Assembly: GCA_964016885.1 (NCBI GenBank)
Contig: OZ024742.1
Location: forward strand, 378,386,001 to 378,450,000
DNA length: 64,000 nt
Reading direction: 5' to 3'
Source: Eledone cirrhosa
Lineage: Eukaryota
The position numbers were made by a program, and so were the translations under genes. The notes below the pieces were generated by a model, which was given only the letters and a program-made list of their open reading frames with translations, was not told the origin of the DNA and did not search any database. How positions within the stretch are numbered: the stretch's first letter is position 1; each line of letters opens with the position of its first letter. Below, piece by piece: positions 53,401 through 64,000 of the stretch.

Positions 53401-56400
53401 TAGCACTGAGCAGTCTATTGTATTAATTTTGTGGTCATTTGTAGTCTATTGTAGAACTGAGCAGTCTATTGTATTAATGTCGTGGTCATTCCTAGTCTAT
53501 TGTAGCACTGAGCAGTCTATTGTATTAATGTTGTGGTCATTTGTAGTCTATTGTAGCACTGAGCAGTCTATTGTATTAATGTTGTGGTCATTTGTAGCTC
53601 TATTGTAGCACTGAGCAGTCTATTATATTAATGTTGTGGTCATTTGTAGTCTATTGTAGCACTGAGCAGTCTATTGTATTAGTGTTGTGGTCATTTGTAG
53701 CTCTATTGTAGCACTAGGCAGTCTATTGTATTAATGTTGTGGTCAGTTGTAGTCTATTGTAGCACTGAGCAGTCTATTGTATTAATGTTGTGGTCATTTG
53801 TAGCTCTATTGTAGCACTGAGCAGTCTATTGTATTTATCTTGTGGTCATTTGTAGCTCTATTGTATCACTGAGCATTGTATTGTATTAATGTTGTGGTCA
53901 TTTGTAATCTATTGTAGCACTGAGCAGTCTATTGTATTAATGTTGTGGTCATTTGTAGTCTATTATAGCACTGAGCAGTTTGTTGTATTAATGTTGTGGT
54001 CATTTGTAGCTCTATTGTAGCACTGAGCAGTCTATTGTATTAATGTTGTGGTCATTTGTAGCTCTATTGTAGCACTGAGCAATCTATTGTATTAATGTTG
54101 TGGTCATTTGAAGTCTATTGTAGCACTGAGCAGTCTATTGTATTAATGTTGTGGTCATTTGTAGTCTATTATAGCACTGAGCAGTCTGTTGTATTAATGT
54201 TGTGGTCATTTGTAGCTCTATTGTAGCACTGAGCAGTCTATTATATTAATGTTGTGGTCATTTGTAGTCTATTGTAGCACTGAGCAGTCTATTGTATTAG
54301 TGTTGTGGTCATTTGTAGCTCTATTGTAGCACTGAGCAGTCTATTGTATTAATGTTGTGGTCAGTTGTAGTCTATTGTAGCACTGAGCAGTCTATTGTAT
54401 TAATGTTGTGGTCATTTGTAGTCTATTGTAGAACTGAGCAGTCTATTGTGTGGTCATTTGTAGTCTATTGTAGCACTGAGCAGTCTGTTGTATTAATGTC
54501 GTGGTCAGTTGTAGTCTATTGTAGCACTGAGCAGTCTATTGTATTAATGTTGTGGTCATTTGTAGCTCTATTGTAGCACTGAGCAGTCTATTGTATTAAT
54601 GTTGTGGTCATTTGTAGTCTATTATAGCACTGAGCAGTCTGTTGTATTAATGTTGTGGTCATTTGTAGCTCTATTGTAGCACTGAGCAGTCTATTGTATT
54701 AATGTTGTGGTCATTTGTAGCTCTATTGTAGCACTGAGCAATCTATTGTATTAATGTTGTGGTCATTTGAAGTCTATTGTAGCACTGAGCAGTCTATTGT
54801 ATTAATGTTGTGGTCATTTGTAGTCTATTATAGCACTGAGCAGTCTGTTGTATTAATGTTGTGGTCATTTGTAGCTCTATTGTAGCACTGAGCAGTCTAT
54901 TATATTAATGTTGTGGTCATTTGTAGTCTATTGTAGCACTGAGCAGTCTATTGTATTAGTGTTGTGGTCATTTGTAGCTCTATTGTAGCACTGAGCAGTC
55001 TATTGTATTAATGTTGTGGTCAGTTGTAGTCTATTGTAGCACTGAGCAGTCTATTGTATTAATGTTGTGGTCATTTGTAGTCTATTGTAGAACTGAGCAG
55101 TCTATTGTGTGGTCATTTGTAGTCTATTGTAGCACTGAGCAGTCTGTTGTATTAATGTCGTGGTCAGTTGTAGTCTATTGTAGCACTGAGCAGTCTATTG
55201 TATTAATGTTGTGGTCATTTGTAGCTCTATTGTAGCACTGAGCAGTCTATTGTATTAATGTTGTGGTCATTTGTCGCTCTATTGTAGCACTGAGCATTGT
55301 ATTGTATTAATGTTGTGGTCATTTGTTGTCTATTGTAGCACTGAGCAGTCTATTGTATTAATTTTGTGGTCATTTGTAGTCTATTGTAGAACTGAGCAGT
55401 CTATTGTATTAATGTTGTGGTCATTCCTAATCTATTGTAGCACTGAGCAGTCTATTGTATTAATGTTGTGGTCATTTGTAGTCTATTGTAGCACTGAGCA
55501 GTCTATTGTATTAATGTTGTGGTCATTTGTAGCTCTATTGTAGCACTGAGCAGTCTATTATATTAATGTTGTGGTCATTTGTAGTCTATTGTAGCACTGA
55601 GCAGTCTATTGTATTAGTGTTGTGGTCATTTGTAGCTCTATTGTAGCACTGAGCAGTCTATTGTATTAATGTTGTGGTCAGTTGTAGTCTATTGTAGCAC
55701 TGAGCAGTCTATTGTATTAATGTTGTGGTCATTTGTAGTCTATTGTAGAACTGAGCAGTCTATTGTGTGGTCATTTGTAGTCTATTGTAGCACTGAGCAG
55801 TCTGTTGTATTAATGTCGTGGTCAGTTGTAGTCTATTGTAGCACTGAGCAGTCTATTGTATTAATGTTGTGGTCATTTGTAGCTCTATTGTAGCACTGAG
55901 CAGTCTATTGTATTAATGTTGTGGTCATTTGTCGCTCTATTGTAGCACTGAGCATTGTATTGTATTAATGTTGTGGTCATTTGTAATCTATTGTAGCACT
56001 GAGCAGTCTATTGTATTAGTGTTGTGGTCATTTGTAGCTCTATTGTAGCACTGAGCAGTCTATTGTATTAATGTTGTGGTCAGTTGTAGTCTATTGTAGC
56101 ACTGAGCAGTCTATTGTATTAATGTTGTGGTCATTTGTAGCTCTATTGTAGCACTGAGCAGTCTATTGTATTAATGTTGTGGTCATTTGTAGCTCTATAG
56201 TAGCACTGAGCAGTCTATTGTATTAATGTTGTGGTCAGTTGTAGTCTATTGTAGCACTGAGCAGTCTATTGTATTAATGTTGTGGTCATTTGTAGCTCTA
56301 TTGTAGCACTGAGCAGTCTATTGTATTAATGTTGTGGTCAGTTGTAGTCTATTGTAGCACTGAGCAGTCTATTGTATTAATGTTGTGGTCATTTGTAGCT

Positions 56401-59400
56401 CTATTGTATCACTGAGCAGTCTATTGTATTAATGTTGTGGTCATTTGTAGCTCTATTGTAGCACTGAGCATTGTATTGTATCAATGTTGTGGTCATTTGT
56501 AGTCTATTGTAGCACTGAGCAGTCTATTGTATTAATGTTGTGGTCATTTGTAGCTCTATTGTAGCACTGAGCAGTCTATTGTATTAATGTTGTGGTCATT
56601 TGTAACTCTATTGTAGCACTGAGCAGTCTATTGTATTAATATTGTGGTCATTTGTAGTCTATTGTAGCACTGAGCAGTCTATTGTATTAGTGTTGTGGTC
56701 ATTTGTAGCTCTATAGTAGCACTGAGCAGTCTATTGTATTAAAGTTGTGGTCAGTTGTAGTCTATTGTAGCACTGAGCAGTCTATTGTATTAATGGTGTG
56801 GTCATTTGTAGCTCTATTGTAGCAATGAGCAGTCTATTGTATTAATGTTGTGGTCATTTGTAGCTCTATTGTAGCACTGAGCATTGTATTGTATTAATGT
56901 TGTGGTCATTTGTAGTCTATTGTAGCACTGAGCAGTCTATTGTATTAATGTTGTGATCATTTGTAGCTCTATTGTATCACTGAGCAGTCTATTGTATTAA
57001 TGTTGTGGTCATTTGTAGCTCTATTGTAGCACTGAGCATTGTATTGTATTAATGTTGTGGTCATTTGTAGTCTATTGTAGCACTGAGCAGTCTATTGTAT
57101 TAATGTTGTGGTCATTTGTAGCTCTATTGTAGCACTGAGCAGTCTATTGTATTAATGTTGTGGTCATTTGTAGCTCTATTGTAGCACTGAGCAGTCTATT
57201 GTATTAATGTTGTGGTCATTTGTAGTCTATTGTAGCACTGCGCAGTCTATTGTATTAGTGTTGTGATCATTTGTAGCTCTATAGTAGCACTGAGCAGTCT
57301 ATTGTATTAATGTTGTGGTCAGTTGTAGTCTATTGTAGCACTGAGCACTCTATTGTATTAATGTTGTGGTCATTTGTAGCTCTATTGTAGCACTGAGCAG
57401 TCTATTGTATTAATGTTGTGGTCATTTGTAGCTCTATAGTAGCACTGAGCAGTCTATTGTATTAATGTTGTGGTCAGTTGTAGTCTATTGTAGCACTGAG
57501 CAGTCTATTGTATTAATGTTGTGGTCATTTGTAGCTCTATTGTAGCACTGAGCAGTCTATTGTATTAATGTTGTGGTCATTTGTAGTCTATTGTAGCACT
57601 GAGCAGTCTATTGTATTAGTGTTGTGGTCATTTGTAGCTCTATAGTAGCACTGAGCAGTCTATTGTATTAATGTTGTGGTCATTTGTAGCTCTATTGTAG
57701 CACTGAGCATTGTATTGTATTAATGTTGTGGTCATTTGTTGTCTATTGTAGCACTGAGCAGTCTATTGTATTAATTTTGTGGTCATTTGTAGTCTATTGT
57801 AGAACTGAGCAGTCTATTGTATTAATGTCGTGGTCATTCCTAGTCTATTGTAGCACTGAGCAGTCTATTGTATTAATGTTGTGGTCATTTGTAGTCTATT
57901 GTAGCACTGAGCAGTCTATTGTATTAATGTTGTGGTCATTTGTAGCTCTATTGTAGCACTGAGCAGTCTATTGTATTAATGTTGTGGTCATTTGTAGTCT
58001 ATTGTAGCACTGAGCAGTCTATTGTATTAGTGTTGTGGTCATTTGTAGCTCTATTGTAGCACTAGACAGTCTATTGTATTAATGTTGTGGTCAGTTGTAG
58101 TCTATTGTAGCACTGAGCAGTCTATTGTATTAATGTTGTGGTCATTTGTAGCTCTATTGTAGCACTGAGCAGTCTATTGTATTTATCTTGTGGTCATTTG
58201 TAGCTCTATTGTATCACTGAGCATTGTATTGTATTAATGTTGTGGTCATTTGTAATCTATTGTAGCACTGAGCAGTCTATTGTATTAATGTTGTGGTCAT
58301 TTGTAGTCTATTATAGCACTGAGCAGTCTGTTGTATTAATGTTGTGGTCATTTGTAGCTCTATTGTAGCACTGAGCAGTCTATTGTATTAATGTTGTGGT
58401 CATTTGTAGCTCTATTGTAGCACTGAGCAATCTATTGTATTAATGTTGTGGTCATTTGAAGTCTATTGTAGCACTGAGCAGTCTATTGTATTAATGTTGT
58501 GGTCATTTGTAGTCTATTATAGCACTGAGCAGTCTGTTGTATTAATGTTGTGGTCATTTGTAGCTCTATTGTAGCACTGAGCAGTCTATTGTATTAATGT
58601 TGTGGTCATTTGTAGTCTATTGTAGCACTGAGCAGTCTATTGTATTAATGTTGTGGTCATTTGTAGCTCTATTGTAGCACTGTGTCGTGTATTGTATTAG
58701 TGTTGTGGTCATTTGTAGCTCTATTGTAGCACTGAGCAGTCTATTGTATTAATGTTGTGGTCAGTTGTATTCTATTGTAGCACTGAGCAGACTATTGTAT
58801 TAACGTTGTGGTCATTTGTAGTATATTGTAGTTCTGAGCAGTCTATTGTATTGATGTTGTGGTCATTTGTAGTCTATTGTAGCACTGAGCAGTCTATTGT
58901 ATTAATGTTGTGGTCATTTGTAGTCTATTGTAGCACTGAGCAGTCTATTGTATTAATGTTGTGGTCATTTGTAGTCTATTGTAGCACTGAGCAGTCTATT
59001 GTATTAATGTTGTGGTCATTTGTAGCTCTATTGTAGCACTGAGCAGTCTATTATATTAATGTTGTGGTCATTTGTAGTCTATTGTAGCACTGAGCAGTCT
59101 ATTGTATTAGTGTTGTGGTCATTTGTCGCTCTATTGTAGCACTGAGCGGTCTATTGTATTAATGTTGTGGTCAGTTGTTTGTCTATTGTAACACTGAGCA
59201 GTCTATTGTATTAATGTTGTGGTCATTTGTAGCTCTATTGTAGCACTGAGCAGTCTATTGTATTAATCTTGTGGTCATTTGTAGCTCTATTGTAGCACTG
59301 AGCAGTCTATTGTATTAATGTTGTGGTCATTTGTAGCTCTATTGTAGCACTGAGCAGTCTATTGTATTAATGTTGTGGTCATTTGTAGTCTATTGTAGCA

Positions 59401-62400
59401 CTGAGCAGTCTATTGTATTAGTGTTGTGGTCATTTGTAGCTCTATAGTAGCACTGAGCAGTCTATTGTATTAATGTTGTGGTCAGTTGTATTCTATTGTA
59501 GCACTGAGCAGACTATTGTATTAATGTTGTGGTCATTTGTAGTATATTGTAGTTCTGAGCAGTCTATTGTATTGATGTTGTGGTCATTTGTAGTCTATTG
59601 TAGCACTGAGCAGTCTATTGTATTAATGTTGTGGTCATTTGTAGTCTATTGTAGCACTGAGCAGTCTATTGTATTAATGTTGTGGTCATTTGTAGTCTAT
59701 TGTAGCACTGAGCAGTCTATTGTATTAATGTTGTGGTTATTTGTAGCTCTATTGTAGCACTGAGCAGTCTATTATATTAATGTTGTGGTCATTTGTAGTC
59801 TATTGTAGCACTGAGCAGTCTATTGTATTAGTGTTGTGGTCATTTGTAGCTCTATTGTAGCACTGAGCATTGTATTGTATTAATGTTGTGGTCATTTGTA
59901 GCTCTATTGTAGCACTGAGCAGTCTATTATATTAATGTTGTGGTCATTTGTAGTCTATTGTAGCACTGAGCAGTCTATTGTATTAGTGTTGTGGTCATTT
60001 GTAGCTCTATTGTAGCACTGAGCAGTCTATTGTATTAATTTTGTGGTCATTTGTAGTCTATTGTAGAACTGAGCAGTCTATTGTATTAATGTTGTGGTCA
60101 TTCCTAGTATATTGTAGCACTGAGCAGTCTATTGTATTAATGTTGTGGTCATTTGTAGTCTATTGTAGCACTGAGCAGTCTATTGTATTACTGTTGTGGT
60201 CATTTGTAGCTCTATTGTAGCACTGAGCAGTCTATTATATTAATGTTGTGGTCATTTGTAGTCTATTGTAGCACTGAGCAGTCTATTGTATTAGTGTTGT
60301 GGTCATTTGTAGCTCTATTGTAGCACTGAGCAGTCTATTGTATTAATGTTGTGGTCAGTTGTAGTCTATTGTAGCACTGAGCAGTCTATTGTATTAATGT
60401 TGTGGTCATTTGTAGCTCTATTGTAGCACTGAGCAGTCTATTGTATTAATGTTGTGGTCATTTGTAGCTCTATTGTAGCACTGAGCATTGTATTGTATTA
60501 ATGTTGTGGTCATTTGTAGTCTATTGTAGCACTGAGCAGTCTATTGTATTAATGTTGTGGTCATTTGTAGCTCTATTGTAGCACTGAGCAGTCTATTGTA
60601 TTAATGTTGTGGTCAGTTGTAGTCTATTGTAGCACTGAGCAGTCTATTGTATTAGTGTTGTGGTCATTTGTAGCTCTATAGTAGCACTGAGCAGTCTATT
60701 GTATTAATGTTGTGGTCAGTTGTAGTCTATTGTAGCACTGAGCAGTCTATTGTATTAATGTTGTGGTCATTTGTAGCTCTATTGTAGCACTGAGCAGTCT
60801 ATTGTATTAATGTTGTGGTCATTTGTATCTCTATAGTAGCACTGAGCAGTCTATTGTATTAGTGTTGTGGTCATTTGTAGCTCTATTGTAGCACTGAGCA
60901 TTGTATTGTATTAATGTTGTGGTCATTTGTAATCTATTGTAGCACTGAGCAGTCTATTGTATTAATGTTGTGGTCATTTGTAGCTCTATTGTAGCACTGA
61001 GCAGTCTATTTTATTAATGTTGTGGTCATTTGTAGCTCTATTGTAGCACTGAGCAGTCTATTGTATTAATGTTGTGGTCATTTGTAGTCTATTGTAGCAC
61101 TGAGCAGTCTATTGTATTAGTGTTGTGGTCATTTGTAGCTCTATAGTAGCACTGAGCAGTCTATTGTATTAATGTTGTGGTCAGTTGTAGTCTATTGTAG
61201 CACTGAGCAGTCTATTGTATTAATGTTGTGGTCAGTTGTAGTCTATTGTAGCACTGAGCAGTCTATTGTATTAATGTTGTGTTCATTTGTAGTCTATTGT
61301 AGCACTGAGCAGTCTATTGTATTAGTGTTGTGGTCATTTGTAGCTCTATAGTAGCACTGAGCAGTCTATTGTATTAATGTTGTGGTCAGTTGTAGTCTAT
61401 TGTAGCCCTGAGCAGTCTATTGTATTAATGTTGTGGTCATTTGTAGCTCTATTGTAGCACTGAGCATTCTATTGTATTAATGTTGTGGTCATTTGTAGTC
61501 TATTGTAGCACTGAGCAGTCTATTGTATTAGTGTTGTGGTCATTTGTAGCTCTATAGTAGCACTGAGCAGTCTATTGTATTAATGTTGTGGTCATTTGTA
61601 GCTCTATTGTAGCACTGAGCATTGTATTGTATTAATGTTGTGGTCATTTGTTGTCTATTGTAGCACTGAGCAGTCTATTGTATTAATTTTGTGGTCATTT
61701 GTAGTCTATTGTAGAACTGAGCAGTCTATTGTATTAATGTTGTGGTCATTCCTAATCTATTGTAGCACTGAGCAGTCTATTGTATTAATGTTGTGGTCAT
61801 TTGTAGTCTATTGTAGCACTGAGCAGTCTATTGTATTAATGTTGTGGTCATTTGTAGCTCTATTGTAGCACTGAGCAGTCTATTATATTAATGTTGTGGT
61901 CATTTGTAGTCTATTGTAGCACTGAGCAGTCTATTGTATTAGTGTTGTGGTCATTTGTAGCTCTATTGTAGCATTGAGCAGTCTATTGTATTAATGTTGT
62001 GGTCAGTTGTAGTCTATTGTAGCACTGAGCAGTCTATTGTATTAATGTTGTGGTCATTTGTAGTCTATTGTAGAACTGAGCAGTCTATTGTGTGGTCATT
62101 TGTAGTCTATTGTAGCACTGAGCAGTCTGTTGTATTAATGTTGTGGTCAGTTGTAGTCTATTGTAGCACTGAGCAGTCTATTGTATTAATGTTGTGGTCA
62201 TTTGTAGCTCTATTGTAGCACTGAGCAGTCTATTGTATTAATGTTGTGGTCATTTGTCGCTCTATTGTAGCACTGAGCATTGTATTGTATTAATGTTGTG
62301 GTCATTTGTAATCTATTGTAGCACTGAGCAGTCTATTGTATTAGTGTTGTGGTCATTTGTAGCTCTATTGTAGCACTGAGCAGTCTATTGTATTAATGTT

Positions 62401-64000
62401 GTGGTCAGTTGTAGTCTATTGTAGCACTGAGCAGTCTATTGTATTAATGTTGTGGTCATTTGTAGCTCTATTGTAGCACTGAGCAGTCTATTGTATTAAT
62501 GTTGTGGTCATTTGTAGCTCTATTGTAGCACTGAGCATTGTATTGTATTAATGTTGTGGTCATTTGTAATCTATTGTAGCACTGAGCAGTCTATTGTATT
62601 AATGTTGTGGTCATTTGTAGCTCTATTGTAGCACTGAGCAGTCTATTGTATTAATGTTGTGGTTATTTGTAGCTCTATTGTAGCACTGAGCAGTCTATTG
62701 TATTAATGTTGTGGTCATTTGTAGTCTATTGTAGCACTGAGCAGTCTATTGTATTAGTGTTGTGGTCATTTGTAGCTCTATAGTAGCACTGAGCAGTCTA
62801 TTGTATTAATGTTGTGGTCAGTTGTAGTCTATTGTAGCACTGAGCAGTCTATTGTATTAATGTTGTGGTCATTTGTAGCTCTATTGTAGCACTGAGCAGT
62901 CTATTTTATTAATGTTGTGGTCAGTTGTAGTCTATTGTAGCACTGAGCAGTCTATTGTATTAATGTTGTGGTCATTTGTAGCTCTATTGTATCACTGAGC
63001 AGTCTATTGTATTAATGTTGTGGTCATTTGTAGCTCTATTGTAGCACTGAGCATTGTATTGTATCAATGTTGTGGTCATTTGTAGTCTATTGTAGCACTG
63101 AGCAGTCTATTGTATTAATGTTGTGGTCATTTGTAGCTCTATTGTAGCACTGAGCAGTCTATTGTATTAATGTTGTGGTCATTTGTAACTCTATTGTAGC
63201 ACTGAGCAGTCTATTGTATTAATATTGTGGTCATTTGTAGTCTATTGTAGCACTGAGCAGTCTATTGTATTAGTGTTGTGGTCATTTGTAGCTCTATAGT
63301 AGCACTGAGCAGTCTATTGTATTAAAGTTGTGGTCAGTTGTAGTCTATTGTAGCACTGAGCAGTCTATTGTATTAATGTTGTGGTCATTTGTAGCTCTAT
63401 TGTAGCACTGAGCAGTCTATTGTATTAATGTTGTGGTCCGTTGTAGTCTATTGTAGCACTGAGCAGTCTATTGTATTAATGTTGTGGTCATTTGTAGCTC
63501 TATTGTAGCACTGAGCAGTCTATTGTATTAATGTTGTGGTCATTTGTAGTCTATTGTAGCACTGAGCAGTCTATTGTATTAGTGTTGTGGTCATTTGTAG
63601 CTCTATAGTAGCACCGAGCAGTCTATTGTATTAATGTTGTGGTCAGTTGTAGACTATTGTAGCACTGAGCAGTCTATTGTATTAATGTTGTGGTCATTTG
63701 TAGCTCTATTGTAGCACTGAGCAGTCTATTATATTAATGTTGTGGTCATTTGTAGTCTATTGTAGCACTGAGCAGTCTATTGTATTAGTGTTGTGGTCAT
63801 TTGTAGCTCTATTGTAGCACTAGGCAGTCTATTGTATTAATGTTGTGGTCAGTTGTAGTCTATTGTAGCACTGAGCAGTCTATTGTATTAATGTTGTGGT
63901 CATTTTCAGCTCTATTGTAGCACTGAGCAGTCTATTGTATTAATGTTGTGGTCATTTGTAGCTCTATTGTAGCACTGAGCATTGTATTGTATTAATGTTG
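50449..64000. repeat. Downstream copy of the >13-kb segmental duplication (runs off the window end)
   Basis: Matches 24195-37592 in marker order and spacing. It contains 154 bp (3 monomers) near 62,800-62,970 that the upstream copy lacks. Confidence 0.92.

Larger units (their letters stand above)
1..64000. repeat. Tandem satellite DNA array of 51/52-bp monomers (~1,240 copies), running off both ends of the window
   Basis: Bases 1-51 (TAGCACTGAGCAGTCTATTGTATTAATGTTGTGGTCAGTTGTAGTCTATTG) recur head-to-tail throughout, typically with 0-3 substitutions per monomer. The two length alleles are GTAGTCTATTG (51 bp) and GTAGCTCTATTG (52 bp). No inversion or foreign insertion was seen. Copy number is estimated as 64000/~51.5. 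Confidence 0.99.

Noticed and set aside
852-62218. About 60 short ORFs (60-107 aa) encoding MLWSFVVYCSTEQSIVL repeats
   Set aside because: They are translations of runs of 51-bp monomers terminated by a 52-bp monomer. There is no unique sequence, promoter, RBS, splice context or recognisable domain, and most variants change the amino acid.
1-64000. CRISPR array or CRISPR-like repeat-spacer system
   Set aside because: Segments between the 11-bp internal repeats are constant (the same 20-bp and 9-bp sequences), not unique spacers. There is no leader or cas gene.
1-64000. Diversity-generating cassette library (antigenic variation, DGR, guide-RNA array)
   Set aside because: Variation is sparse, affects all bases, and is inherited in blocks explained by duplication. 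There is no hypervariable window, adenine-specific mutagenesis, recombinase or reverse transcriptase.
1-64000. Tandem tRNA, 5S, spliced-leader, snRNA or miRNA gene array
   Set aside because: The unit is too short, with no cloverleaf, A/B boxes or long hairpin, and only a 4+3-bp imperfect dyad.
1-64000. Canonical telomerase repeat or G-quadruplex array
   Set aside because: The unit is 51-52 bp with no run of three or more G. Only the general G/T strand skew is telomere-like.
1-64000. Pure sequencing artefact (rolling-circle concatemer or random error)
   Set aside because: Variants recur in the same order at exact multi-kb offsets and form a nested hierarchy, which random error would not produce. 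Copy numbers of the most identical blocks could still be mis-assembled.
1-64000. Embedded transposon, inversion or unique island
   Set aside because: Reading through the window I found no departure from the monomer larger than the 9-bp deletion and no reverse-complement monomers.

Overview
The whole 64-kb window is one uninterrupted, head-to-tail tandem array (satellite DNA) of about 1,240 monomers in a single orientation. The consensus is TAGCACTGAGCAGTCTATTGTATTAATGTTGTGGTCATTTGTAG(C)TCTATTG, present as two common interspersed length alleles (51 bp and 52 bp, +/- one C) plus about 20 copies of a 42-bp deletion variant. The consensus is about 35% GC, strongly T/G-skewed on the + strand and CpG-free. 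I see no unique sequence, gene, RNA gene, transposon or CRISPR spacer. Every ORF in the track is a by-product of runs of 51-bp (17-codon) monomers that end at the next 52-bp monomer. The real information is a nested higher-order structure readable from variant markers: a ~10-bp sub-period, 51/52-bp monomers, 103-bp dimers, 566-721-bp local duplications, 1,648/3,449-bp and 4,554/6,284-bp higher-order repeats, a degenerate ~7-kb unit and a >13-kb duplication at 26.3 kb distance. These allow a partial ordering of expansion events. I do not recognise the family or the organism. A eukaryotic (peri)centromeric or subtelomeric satellite is an inference, and I find no support for a novel coding system. 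Offsets were derived by hand from the ORF track and marker positions, so breakpoints are approximate.
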